64,000 bases of DNA from Alphaproteobacteria bacterium (GTDB lineage Bacteria; Pseudomonadota; Alphaproteobacteria; MPNO01; UBA830), in NCBI GenBank assembly GCA_965243135.1, contig OZ251539.1, forward strand, positions 992,001 to 1,056,000, given 5' to 3'. Position numbers and translations under genes: made by a program. Below the pieces are notes generated by a model. It saw only the letters and a list, made by a program, of their open reading frames with translations. It made no database searches and was not told where the DNA came from. This document shows positions 1 to 9,574 of the stretch, in pieces. Positions within the stretch are counted from its first letter, which is position 1; the number at the start of each line of letters is the position of its first letter.

Positions 1-3
1 GTC

Positions 4-996
4 GTGATGGGAAAATCGGGCAACGCGCCGCTTCGGACCCAGGCGGGCGTTTACTGCAATGTCCGCCCCTACGGGCCGATTACGGTCGTCCGCTGCATGC
101 CGTGCCTTCCCTATTCCCAGAACAGAGCCGCGTTCGACGTGGACGACCAGGGGATCATTCACTCCGAAATGAACACGCCCGGCGTTCAACTCGCCTACGC
201 CAATCGCCTGTTTCTCAGAATGGTGCACGAAACCGGGGCGCTCGGCCGCGTGGCGACGAAGCCGACGCAGGCCATGGAGGACGGGATTACGGCCGGCCTG
301 CATTCCTGGATGCTGCGGGGAACGAAGTTCGAGGTCGGGCGGAAATACGCCGTCGATCCCTACGAGGAGCACAAGGAACGCATCGACCGGATCGTCGCGT
401 TGCTGCCGCCGGATTTCAGGGACGGCATGGAGAACTGGGGCGGACGGATCGAACAGCACATTTCGGACACCAATTACGGCCTGCTGTTGTGGGACCTGAT
501 CGAAGGGCGCGACTGCATCGTGCTCGCCACCGATCTCGACGGCGACCGCCTGACGGACCTTCTGGCGGACATGTCCGATCCCTTGCGCGCTTTCGCCGGC
601 AAAGTGGCGGGGCATCTCGGCCGGGAGGCGAACGCCGCCCGGTTGTGGCGCGAGATGGGTTACGTTACCGGCAACGGACGGGACATGACTTCGGTCATGC
701 ACCGGATGTCGGGGCCGCCGATCCACGAGCAGACCTTGGGATCGGCCGACGCGATGCTGCTGCGCCTTCTGGCGGGCGACGAATCGATGGGCGGAACCAA
801 GCGGCCCTACGATCCCCGGATCCATTTCGTCTTGATCCGGGACGCCTATCTCGACGCCAACCGGGACAATGCGGCGCTGCGCGACTACCTCGACCGGGCT
901 CTTGCCGCGTTCGACAAGGTCTACGGCGAAGACAGGCCGGGCTTCATCGAGGGATACCGGGCGCTCAAGGAGGCGATTCGCCCGTGGGGCGGCTGA
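4..996 (+). CDS. hypothetical protein (probably 5'-truncated by the window edge)
   Basis: 330-aa ORF with protein-like composition and GC3-rich codons; open from the window start; no family motif recognised. Confidence 0.7.
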   Translation: MMGKSGNAPLRTQAGVYCNVRPYGPITVVRCMPCLPYSQNRAAFDVDDQGIIHSEMNTPGVQLAYANRLFLRMVHETGALGRVATKPTQAMEDGITAGLHSWMLRGTKFEVGRKYAVDPYEEHKERIDRIVALLPPDFRDGMENWGGRIEQHISDTNYGLLLWDLIEGRDCIVLATDLDGDRLTDLLADMSDPLRAFAGKVAGHLGREANAARLWREMGYVTGNGRDMTSVMHRMSGPPIHEQTLGSADAMLLRLLAGDESMGGTKRPYDPRIHFVLIRDAYLDANRDNAALRDYLDRALAAFDKVYGEDRPGFIEGYRALKEAIRPWGG

Positions 997-1549
997 GACC
1001 GGGCCGGGAGCCGAGGAGTCGAAGCGCTTCGGCGGGAGCGTCCACGACGCGAAAGAGCGCGTGAATGTCGCGGTGGGCGAACTTGTGGGAGACGATCTGG
1101 TCGATCACGCGGATGAAAGGAGCCCAGTAATCATGCGTGCTTATCAGGATGACGGGCTTGTCGTGACGTCCGAGCTGGCCCCAGGCCATCATCTCGACCG
1201 CTTCGTCGAGGGTTCCGAGTCCGCCGGGTAGAGCGACGAACGCGTCGGAAAGATCGAACATCTTTCGTTTCCGCGCATGCATGCTGTCGACGATATGCAG
1301 TTCGGACGCTTCCTGATGCGCGATTTCGATGTCGGCGAGAAACTGCGGAATGACCCCTACCGTGCGCCCGCCGTCGGCGAGAGCGGCGGAGGCGACGAAC
1401 CCCATCATGCCCTTGTTCCCGCCGCCGAAGACGAGGGTCATTCCGGCCTTCGCAAGGCCTGTTCCGAGATCCTTCGCCGCGTCCGCGAACGCCGGGTCGT
1501 CGCCCGCGGTCGCTCCGCAAAAAACGCATACCGATCGAATTACGCCCAT
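965..1549 (-). CDS. LOG family (TIGR00730-type) nucleotide phosphoribohydrolase
   Basis: SVCVFCG start, GGGNKGMMG, SMHARKRKM and PGGLGTLDE motifs. Confidence 0.92.
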   Translation of the reverse strand: MGVIRSVCVFCGATAGDDPAFADAAKDLGTGLAKAGMTLVFGGGNKGMMGFVASAALADGGRTVGVIPQFLADIEIAHQEASELHIVDSMHARKRKMFDLSDAFVALPGGLGTLDEAVEMMAWGQLGRHDKPVILISTHDYWAPFIRVIDQIVSHKFAHRDIHALFRVVDAPAEALRLLGSRPGLSRPTGESPP

Positions 1550-1603
1550 CGTCCGAAACGCCCGCCGTTGAAGATGGAGAAACGCCCCATTCTATCAGGC
1601 GCG

Positions 1604-2482
1604 ATGCCGTCGGACAGGGCGTTTCGCGGAACTCTTGCGCTGGCCTTCTGCGCGGCCGTGGCGGTCGGCGGGGCGGCCGCCGAAAACGGCGAGATCGCGA
1701 GGGGCGAGTATCTGGTCGCCATCGGCGGTTGCGCGAGTTGCCATACCGTCCGGGGCGGCGAACCGTTCGCCGGCGGCGGCGCCATAAGGACCCGGTTCGG
1801 CGACTTCTATCCGCCCAACATCACGCCGCACTTGGACCGCGGCATCGGCCGATGGTCGGACCGGGACTTCGTCCGGGCGATGCGGGAAGGCGTGAGGCCG
1901 GACGGCGCGCATTATTTTCCGGCGTTTCCCTACACGTCCTACGTCCTGCTCTCGGAGGCCGACGCGCTGGCGATGAAAGCCTACCTGTTCTCTCTTCCTG
2001 CGGTCGATCGCGCCTCGCGGCCGCACGAGATCCCGTTTCCGTTGAACTGGCGTTTTCTCCAGGCGATCTGGAAGCTGTTCTTTTTCCGGCGCGAAGGGCC
2101 CGGCCCGGCCCGGTCTTCGGAGGCGGATCGGGGAACCTATCTCGTCGAGGCGCTTGCGCATTGCGGCGAATGCCACACGCCGAGAAACGGTCTCGGCGGG
2201 CTCGAGCGGGACCTGTGGATGGCCGGGACCGTCGACGGACCCGAAGGGGAGGCGGTGCCGAACGTCACTCCCGATTCCGGGACGGGTCTGACCTGGAGCG
2301 TCGACGAAATCGTCAACTATCTCCGAATGGGCATGAATCCGGATGGAGACTTCGCGGGTTCCGTCATGGCCGACGTGATCGAGAACGGCACGTCGCGGCT
2401 GACGGACGAGGACCTTGCGGCGATCGCAGGCTATCTGAAGTCGCTCGAACCGATTCGCAATCCCGTCGGGTCCGGAAGTTGA
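1604..2482 (+). CDS. periplasmic diheme cytochrome c
   Basis: signal peptide, CASCH and CGECH heme motifs, PNITP/PNVTP motifs; start chosen at ATG 1604. Confidence 0.88.
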   Translation: MPSDRAFRGTLALAFCAAVAVGGAAAENGEIARGEYLVAIGGCASCHTVRGGEPFAGGGAIRTRFGDFYPPNITPHLDRGIGRWSDRDFVRAMREGVRPDGAHYFPAFPYTSYVLLSEADALAMKAYLFSLPAVDRASRPHEIPFPLNWRFLQAIWKLFFFRREGPGPARSSEADRGTYLVEALAHCGECHTPRNGLGGLERDLWMAGTVDGPEGEAVPNVTPDSGTGLTWSVDEIVNYLRMGMNPDGDFAGSVMADVIENGTSRLTDEDLAAIAGYLKSLEPIRNPVGSGS

Positions 2483-2595
2483 ACTACCCGCTCGGCAGGC
2501 GACGAATTACCTTTCGGCGGCGAAGGCGAAAAAGATTGCCGAACCGGCTCGGAGGGGTTAGTTTCCCGTCATGTCTTCTTGCATGCCGAGGTTCG

Positions 2596-3939
2596 ATGAA
2601 TAGGCCTCTACTGGTCGGCATCGCGAGCGCGGTCATCGTGTTGGCGGCGATCGTGCTGGCGGTTTTCATTGATCGCGATCCGGATCGGCCGATTCGCGAA
2701 GCATCCGTGCTCGTGGAGGAAGGCGACAATGCCTCCGCGGCTCGGTCGCCGTCCAGGGACGCTGCGACGGCCGGGACGTCGGACGCGTCGCCTCCGGAAC
2801 GGGCCGCGGAAAATCCCGCGTCTCCGCCGGACGCGAAGCGGTCCGGCGGCGCAGGGGACGAGACCGGCGGTCGAACGCAGTCGGAGCGGGCCGCGAAAGC
2901 TCTCGTTCCGGGTGCGGCGTCTTCGCCCGGCGCGCGGCAGTCCGGCGTCGCAGGGGACGAAACCGGCGGTCGAACGCAGTCGGAGCGGGCCGCGAAGGCT
3001 CTCGCTCCGGGCGCGGCGTCTTCGCCCGGGACCGCACCGTCTAAAGCGGAAAACGGAACGCCTGCAGCCAAACCGCCGGAAGCGGCCGCGTCCGGCGGCA
3101 CGGTCGGAAACGCTTCCCCCTCGTTCGATGTCGTGCGCGCCGGGCCGGACGGTCAGGCCGTGTTCGCGGGCCGCGCGGCTGCGGGATCGACGGTCACGAT
3201 CAAGAGCGGCGGCAAGGCCGTCGGCAGCGCGCGGGCCGGCAAGCAGGGCGGATGGGTGGTCATCGTCCCGAAGCCGCTCCCTCCCGGGGCGCACGAGTTG
3301 TCCGTGTCCTCGAAGCTCGACGGCAAACCCGGCGTTGCGGGCAAGCGGGACGTCGTGGTCGTCATTCCTGAGCGCGGACGCGATATTGCAGGTCGCGCCG
3401 CCGAGGAGACGAGCGGGGCCCTTGCTGTCGCGGTGCCGAAGGCGGCGGACGAAGCGCCTGCCGTGCTGCAGACCCCGAAAGGCGGCGGCGACAAACGCCT
3501 CGCGCTCGACGCCATCGACTACGGAGAGAAGGGCGACGATTTTTCCATGGCGGGCCGCGCGCCGCCCTCGGGAGAGGTGCGCATGTACGTCGAGAACGAG
3601 TTCGTCGGACGCGCGACGGCCGACGAGAAGGGACGCTGGGACCTTAAGCCCGCGAAGGAAATAAAGCCGGGGAAGCACCAGTTGCGGGTGGATCAGGTCG
3701 AGCCCGGCGGCAAGGTCGTCGCTCGTCTCGAATTGTCGTTCGTCCGCGCTCCTCCCGTCAAGGAACTCGCCCCGGATTCGGTGATCTTCGTGCAGCCGGG
3801 CAGCAACCTGTGGCGCATCGCGCGAAAGACCTACGGCGCGGGCATTCGATACACCGTGATTTACGAAGCGAACCGGGACCAGATTCGCGATCCCCACCTG
3901 ATATACCCCGGTCAGGTATTCCTGCTTCCGAAGGGCTGA
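2596..3939 (+). CDS. membrane-anchored LysM-domain protein with Ig-like domains
   Basis: N-terminal TM helix, low-complexity linker, PSFDVVR motif, C-terminal LysM (VQPGSNLWRIARKTYG...IYEANRDQIRDPHLIYPGQVF). Confidence 0.88.
   Translation: MNRPLLVGIASAVIVLAAIVLAVFIDRDPDRPIREASVLVEEGDNASAARSPSRDAATAGTSDASPPERAAENPASPPDAKRSGGAGDETGGRTQSERAAKALVPGAASSPGARQSGVAGDETGGRTQSERAAKALAPGAASSPGTAPSKAENGTPAAKPPEAAASGGTVGNASPSFDVVRAGPDGQAVFAGRAAAGSTVTIKSGGKAVGSARAGKQGGWVVIVPKPLPPGAHELSVSSKLDGKPGVAGKRDVVVVIPERGRDIAGRAAEETSGALAVAVPKAADEAPAVLQTPKGGGDKRLALDAIDYGEKGDDFSMAGRAPPSGEVRMYVENEFVGRATADEKGRWDLKPAKEIKPGKHQLRVDQVEPGGKVVARLELSFVRAPPVKELAPDSVIFVQPGSNLWRIARKTYGAGIRYTVIYEANRDQIRDPHLIYPGQVFLLPKG
2842..3030 (+). 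repeat. 99-bp near-perfect tandem duplication inside the LysM gene linker
   Basis: copies begin at 2842 and 2941, both encoding SG(G/V)AGDETGGRTQSERAAKAL(V/A)PGAASSPG. Confidence 0.9.
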
Positions 3940-3957
3940 CCGGCGGGTCCGCGCCGT

Positions 3958-5298
3958 TCAGGCGCGGGACAGGGCGCGCTCGACGGCGAGCGCGATTCTT
4001 TTCAGCCAGTCGTCGTGGCCGGTGGCCGCCATTACCGTCAACCCGACCGGACCCGTGGATCTCTCGTGACAGGGTATCGAGAACGCGCAGCGGTCGAGAA
4101 AATTGCCCACGGTCGTATTGCGAAGCATGAGAAAATTCGCCTTCCCGTAGGCTTCGTCGTCGTTGTCGAGCGCCGCGACGGGCGGCGCCACGACAGGGCA
4201 CGTCGGCATCAGCAGGGCGTCGAACGGCATGTCGGCGGCGCGGGCCATTATGTCCCGCCGCAGGCGGTGACAGTCCAGAAGATCCGCGGCCGAAAGGTTT
4301 TCGCCGCGCCGAATGCGGGACCAGACCCGCGAATCGTAGAGATGCTTCTTCTCGTCCATCTGTTTCCGATGATGGGCGAAGGCTTCGGCGCCGAGAATCC
4401 CGCCATGGGGCATCGCTTTGGGAATTTCCTCGAAAACCCGGGAATCGACGTCGGTTATGCGCGCGCCTGCCTCCGACAACCTGTTCAAGGCGGCATCGAA
4501 CGTCTCCGCGACATGGTCGTCGAGATCGTCGAGCACGTAGTGGCGCGGAACGCCGAACGAGAGATTCGCGATCGGCAGCGCTTTGGGAACGGCGGGCGCA
4601 CGGGCGGCCATCACGGCTTCGGCCACGACGCAGCAGGCGACCGTCGGCGCCAGCGGTCCGACGCTGTCGAGCGTTGCGGAGAGAGGATATACGCCGTCGA
4701 GGGGTATGCGTCCGGTCGTGGTCTTGAAGCCGGTCACGCCGGAGAGCGCCGCCGGTATTCTCACCGAGCCGCCGGTATCGGTGCCGATCGCGACCGCGGC
4801 CATTCCGTCGGAGACCGATACGCCCGCTCCCGACGACGAACCGCCGGGAATGCGTCCGGTTTCGCGATCCCACGGATTGCGCGGGGTATCGAAGTGCCGA
4901 TTCAGACCGAGGCCGGAATACGCGAACTCCGTCAGGTTGGTGCGCCCGACCAGCACGGCTCCGGCGGCGCGAAGGCGGGCCGTCACGGTCGAATCTCCGG
5001 CCGCCGGCGGCGCGTCGTCGAGCGCCCTCGAGGCCGCTCTGGTCCGTTGGCCCTGTTCGTTGAAGAGGTCCTTCAACGACACGGGCAGCCCCGCGAGCGG
5101 CGACGGCACGACGCCGTGGGCGCGCATCGCGTCCGAGGCGTCGGCTGCGGAAAGCGCAGACTCCTCGTGCACCGCGAGAAACGCCCGGCTCCCTTCGCCG
5201 TCGGGATCGGCGATGCGCGCCAGCGCTTTTTCCGTCAGTTCGCGGCTCGTCGTCTTGCCGCTCCAGAGCGCGGCCTGGAGTTCCAGAACCGGCGTCAT
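3958..5298 (-). CDS. amidase signature family protein
   Basis: KDLF, GGSSSG and GTDTGGSVRIPAA amidase motifs. Confidence 0.93.
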   Translation of the reverse strand: MTPVLELQAALWSGKTTSRELTEKALARIADPDGEGSRAFLAVHEESALSAADASDAMRAHGVVPSPLAGLPVSLKDLFNEQGQRTRAASRALDDAPPAAGDSTVTARLRAAGAVLVGRTNLTEFAYSGLGLNRHFDTPRNPWDRETGRIPGGSSSGAGVSVSDGMAAVAIGTDTGGSVRIPAALSGVTGFKTTTGRIPLDGVYPLSATLDSVGPLAPTVACCVVAEAVMAARAPAVPKALPIANLSFGVPRHYVLDDLDDHVAETFDAALNRLSEAGARITDVDSRVFEEIPKAMPHGGILGAEAFAHHRKQMDEKKHLYDSRVWSRIRRGENLSAADLLDCHRLRRDIMARAADMPFDALLMPTCPVVAPPVAALDNDDEAYGKANFLMLRNTTVGNFLDRCAFSIPCHERSTGPVGLTVMAATGHDDWLKRIALAVERALSRA

Positions 5299-5332
5299 CG
5301 CGCGGTCGTCCAGCGCTTTCCCGGCCGCGCGG

Positions 5333-5716
5333 TCACGCGGACTCGTCGTAATAGTGGCTTTCCAGGAGCAAGCACCCGCCGTCGGACTTGAACGGGCCGT
5401 GCGGCGTTCCCGGCGGGCGGCAGGCGTAGGTGTCGGGATCGAACCTGCGGCCGCCCCGGCCGTCGCTGTCGTTGCCCACGGTGAGATCGCCCTTGAGCAG
5501 ATAGACCTCTTCCCAGTAGTCGTGCGTGAAAGGCTCCGTCGTGAAGACGCCCGGATCGAACCGCAACAGCCGGGTGCGGCAACCCGTCTTGTTCCGCTCG
5601 TCGAGATGACCGACGAGGATCTTCTGCTTGATCCCTTCCGGATAGCCTTCCGGAACGTCCCAGCGGCCTCCCATGTCGACGGCGTAGAATTCCTTGTGTT
5701 CCTTGTTTATCGGCAT
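5333..5716 (-). CDS. cupin domain protein (ChrR/cupin_7-like)
   Basis: HDYWEEVYLLKG and RPPGTPHGPF cupin motifs. Confidence 0.85.
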   Translation of the reverse strand: MPINKEHKEFYAVDMGGRWDVPEGYPEGIKQKILVGHLDERNKTGCRTRLLRFDPGVFTTEPFTHDYWEEVYLLKGDLTVGNDSDGRGGRRFDPDTYACRPPGTPHGPFKSDGGCLLLESHYYDESA

Positions 5717-5728
5717 GGCATGCCTCCT

Positions 5729-6415
5729 TCACGTAACCACGGGCAGAGTCTCGACGCTGTACCCGAACGAGATTTTTCGTTTCAGAACCGGATCCTCGAT
5801 CTCGCCTTCGAACCGGTCCGCCGGCCGGACGCCGCCGACCGCGGCGAGCGTTCCGCAGAACATGGCCGTTCCCGCGGGCAGCTCGGCGGCTCCGTCGAAG
5901 CGCAGGCCGATCAATTCCTCGGGGCGCCGCATCGCCGCGACCGATCCTTCCTGGTAAAGCGTTTCGACGCCGTTTTCGGATATCCGGGACCGCAGCAGCA
6001 GTTCGTCGAAATGCTCCGCCACTTCGTCGTAACGCCACGCCTTCGACGAAACCGGCTTGGCGCACATCTGTTTCGACACCGCGACGGAATAGGTTTCGAC
6101 CTTGCGGTCGGTATGGTCGGAGCCGACGCCGATCAACATGCCGTTTTCGGTTCCGTACAGGACGAATTCGACCTCTCCCGACGATTCGTTTCCGAGAAAC
6201 TGGACTCCGGCGGCCGTCGAAATCAGATCCGCGGAGACGCGATAGAAGCATGGAACCGAGGCGGGCCTCGGGACGCCCACCTCTTCGAGTTCGCGGATAT
6301 GCTTCTCGAGCGATTCGACGTCGCGCCCGGTCCAGCCGGCGATGACGAGGTCGTTCACGACCACCGAGCATCGTCCATGGCCCGGCTCCACGTCCAAGCC
6401 GAGTTCGACAGCCAT
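5729..6415 (-). CDS. DUF2848 family protein (FAH-like fold)
   Basis: IAGWTGRD...HIREL, SSGEVE, GSDHTDR..E, SKQMCAKP motifs; start at ATG 6415. Confidence 0.85.
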   Translation of the reverse strand: MAVELGLDVEPGHGRCSVVVNDLVIAGWTGRDVESLEKHIRELEEVGVPRPASVPCFYRVSADLISTAAGVQFLGNESSGEVEFVLYGTENGMLIGVGSDHTDRKVETYSVAVSKQMCAKPVSSKAWRYDEVAEHFDELLLRSRISENGVETLYQEGSVAAMRRPEELIGLRFDGAAELPAGTAMFCGTLAAVGGVRPADRFEGEIEDPVLKRKISFGYSVETLPVVT

Positions 6416-6605
6416 TCGCGCCTCCCGATCCGACGAAAGCAGCCTACCGGGAAGGGAGGCGCCGCGCAAGATCGACCGCGTTCTGCTATTATCGCGCTCC
6501 CGATGCGGGGGGCCGCATCAAGGATCGAGAAATTCTGCCGATGATGCACTTCCTGCGGCGCCCCGCCCAGTTCGCTGCGCCGTCGATCGTTCCGGGAGAC
6601 GGTCG

Positions 6606-7847
6606 ATGAACGATTCCGAAAGGCGTCGGACCGTCCGGCTGATCTTGACGGTTTTTCTGCCTTTCGGCTGCGGCTATTACCTGTCCTATCTATTCCGCAC
6701 CGTCAATGCGGTGATCTCCCAGAATCTGGCGACGGAGCTCTCCATAGGGCCGGCCGATCTGGGCTTGCTGACCAGCATCTATCTAATCGCGTTCGCTTCT
6801 TCCCAGTTTCCTCTCGGCGTCGCGCTGGATCGCTACGGGCCTCGCCGAGTGGGCGCGGCGCTGCTGCCGTTCGCTGCGGCGGGCGCCGCGGTGTTCGCGT
6901 TCGCCGAGGAATTCGAGCTGCTTCTTCTCGGCCGCGCGCTCATCGGGTTCGGCGTATCGGCGGCCCTGATGGGAGCGTTCAAGGCGAACGCGATCTGGTT
7001 TCCGGCGGATCGAATCCCGTTGATGAACAACCTGACGGGCGCGTTCGGCGCGTTCGGCGCGTTGTCCGCCACCCGTCCGGTCGAGATGCTTCTTCATGTC
7101 GTGGAATGGCGGGACATATTCGCGGGGCTGGCCGTCGCGACCGTCGCCGCGTCGCTTTGCATTCTGTTCGTGGTGCCGGAAAAGCGGAAGGACCGGCCGG
7201 AAGAGGAGAGTTTCGCCAGGCAATTTTCCGGCTACCGCGAGGTTATGCGCGACAGCTTTTTCTGGCGCGTATGCCTGCTTTACTCCCTGTCCTACACTGC
7301 GTTCGTCTCCTATCAGACGTTGTGGGCCGACCCTTGGCTTCGCGACATCGCGGGGCTCGAACAGACCGCGCGCGCCAACTACCTGTTCGTGATGCAGATC
7401 GGCTTCCTGATCGGCTTGCCCGTTACGGGCGTGTTCGTGGACTGGTTGCGGCGAACGCGCATAAAGGTCGTTCAGGTGTTCGGCGCCGGCCTCCTCGTGA
7501 TGATAGGCGTGCAGACGCTGCTCGCGCTCGGGGTCACCTCGCATCTGGGGATGATCTGGGGCGCGTTCGGCCTGCTGTCCTCCGCGAACTATCTGGCCTA
7601 TTCCATCCTGACGGCGCATTTTCCGGAAGCGCTGACCGGCCGCGCCATTACGGCCCTGAATTTCATCATGTTCGTGGCGGCTTTCGTCGGCCAGTGGGGG
7701 ATTGGCGGCATCATCGAGGCCTTTCCCCGGCAGCCCGACGGCGGTTACGCGCCGCTCGGCCACGCAGTGGCGCTGTGGGCGCTGATCGCTCTTCAGGTCG
7801 CGGCCTTCGTGAATCTGGTCCGGCCGGAGAGGATGCGTGCCGGTTGA
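6606..7847 (+). CDS. MFS transporter
   Basis: about 12 hydrophobic helices; GVALDRYGPRR motif A. Confidence 0.9.
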   Translation: MNDSERRRTVRLILTVFLPFGCGYYLSYLFRTVNAVISQNLATELSIGPADLGLLTSIYLIAFASSQFPLGVALDRYGPRRVGAALLPFAAAGAAVFAFAEEFELLLLGRALIGFGVSAALMGAFKANAIWFPADRIPLMNNLTGAFGAFGALSATRPVEMLLHVVEWRDIFAGLAVATVAASLCILFVVPEKRKDRPEEESFARQFSGYREVMRDSFFWRVCLLYSLSYTAFVSYQTLWADPWLRDIAGLEQTARANYLFVMQIGFLIGLPVTGVFVDWLRRTRIKVVQVFGAGLLVMIGVQTLLALGVTSHLGMIWGAFGLLSSANYLAYSILTAHFPEALTGRAITALNFIMFVAAFVGQWGIGGIIEAFPRQPDGGYAPLGHAVALWALIALQVAAFVNLVRPERMRAG

Positions 7848-9078
7848 AAACGTCCGGGGCCGGCCGGTCGTCCTGCTGATCCTGACCGTCCTGCTGCCGT
7901 TCGGAATCGGTTACTACATTTCGTATCTGTTCCGGACGGTGAACGCGATCATTTCGCCGCAGCTCGCCCGAGACGTCGGCCTCTCGCCCTCCGATCTCGG
8001 GCTGATGACGAGCGCCTATTTCATCGCTTTCGCCGCCACCCAGATTCCGCTCGGCATCGTTCTCGACAAGTACGGTCCGAAACGCGTGCAGGCCGCGCTC
8101 GTCATGGTGGCGGCCGCGGGCGCCGCCCTGTTCGCGACGGGAACCGACGCCGCGACCCTGGTCGCGGGACGAGCGCTGGTGGGAATCGGGGTTTCCGCCT
8201 GCCTTATGGCTTCTCTGAAGGCGAACGTGCTGTGGTTTCCGCAAGAGAAGCTGCCGCTCGTCAACGGCGTCATTTTCGCTTTCGGCACGTTCGGAGCCTT
8301 GTCGACGACCATCCCGCTCGAAATCCTGATCCAGACCGTCGACTGGCGAACCGTCTTCTGGTGGCTGGCGGGCGTGTCGGTGCTCTCCGGATTGTTGATC
8401 CAGTTCGCCGTGCCCGAGCGACGGATGCAGCGCGCGGACGCCGGTCGAGGCCAATTGGCGGAACTGAAGCTGGTCTACGGAAGCCGTTTCTTCTGGCGAT
8501 TGTCGTGCATGATGTTCCTCCACAACGGCGTCTTTCTTTCCTATCAGGCGCTGTGGGCGGCTCCGTGGCTCAGGGACGTCGCGGCGCTCGACCGTTCGGG
8601 CGTCGCGGACGCGATGTTCATGTTCAACGCCGGCATGTTCGCGGGCGTGCTTTCCATCGGCTTTCTCGCCGAACGGTTGCAGCGCGTGGGCGTCGCGACC
8701 GTCGTTCCGGCCACGACCGGCATCGCGGCGTCGATCGGCGTCCAGCTGGCGTTCGCCCTGGAGTGGACGGCCTTTCCGGCGACGTTGTGCCTGTTGTTCG
8801 GCTATTTCGGCTCGTCGTCGACGCTGGGATACGCGGTGCTCAATCAGCGCTTTTCCGGAAATCTCACCGGGCGCGTCAACACGGCGCAGAACATGCTGAC
8901 CTTCATCGCCGCCTTCGCGACCCAGTGGCTCGTCGGCGTGATCATCGGGCTGTATCCGTCGCCGGGCGAGGGGATCTACGATCCCCGCGGCCATCAGGCG
9001 GCGCTGTTTTGCTTCATCGCCCTCGAGGTCGCCGGCCTCCTCTACTTCGTCTGGCCGCGCCGGAGGGGCGCGTCGTGA
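7837..9078 (+). CDS. MFS transporter (paralogue of the preceding gene)
   Basis: GIVLDKYGPKR motif; shares PFGxGYYxSYLFRTVNA N-terminus with the upstream gene. Confidence 0.9.
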   Translation: MPVENVRGRPVVLLILTVLLPFGIGYYISYLFRTVNAIISPQLARDVGLSPSDLGLMTSAYFIAFAATQIPLGIVLDKYGPKRVQAALVMVAAAGAALFATGTDAATLVAGRALVGIGVSACLMASLKANVLWFPQEKLPLVNGVIFAFGTFGALSTTIPLEILIQTVDWRTVFWWLAGVSVLSGLLIQFAVPERRMQRADAGRGQLAELKLVYGSRFFWRLSCMMFLHNGVFLSYQALWAAPWLRDVAALDRSGVADAMFMFNAGMFAGVLSIGFLAERLQRVGVATVVPATTGIAASIGVQLAFALEWTAFPATLCLLFGYFGSSSTLGYAVLNQRFSGNLTGRVNTAQNMLTFIAAFATQWLVGVIIGLYPSPGEGIYDPRGHQAALFCFIALEVAGLLYFVWPRRRGAS

Positions 9079-9503
9079 GCGATCGGGAATATCCCGCGCG
9101 TCCGGTTTGCGCCGTCGGGGTCGTCTGCTTCAGGGGCGACAGCGTTCTGCTCGTCAAACGCAGGAGGCCGCCGGTCTCATGGTCGATACCGGGCGGCGGC
9201 CAGGAGCTCGGCGAGACGGCCCGCGAGGCGGCGCTGCGCGAATTGAAGGAGGAGACCGGCGTCGACGCCCGTCTGCTCGGCCTCGTCGACGTCGTCGACG
9301 CGGTGCGCAGGGACGGCGAGGGCAGGATACGCCACCACTACACGCTGGTGGATTTCGCGGCGGAGTGGGTGTCCGGCGAACCGGCCGCGGACGACGACGT
9401 TTCGGAGGCCGAATGGATGCCGCTCGCCGAGGTCGAGCGGCTTGGGATGTGGAGCGAGACCGTGCGCGTGATTCGGGAAGCGGAGCGGCTGCGGACGGCC
9501 TGA
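9075..9503 (+). CDS. NUDIX hydrolase
   Basis: Nudix box GGGQELGETAREAALRELKEETG; GTG start overlaps the upstream stop. Confidence 0.9.
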   Translation: MSDREYPARPVCAVGVVCFRGDSVLLVKRRRPPVSWSIPGGGQELGETAREAALRELKEETGVDARLLGLVDVVDAVRRDGEGRIRHHYTLVDFAAEWVSGEPAADDDVSEAEWMPLAEVERLGMWSETVRVIREAERLRTA

Positions 9504-9574
9504 CGCGCGAGTTCGCCGACGTTTCGCCTGCGGCGACCCTGCGGCCGGAAGCCGAAGGAAACGAGGCCGCGGCG

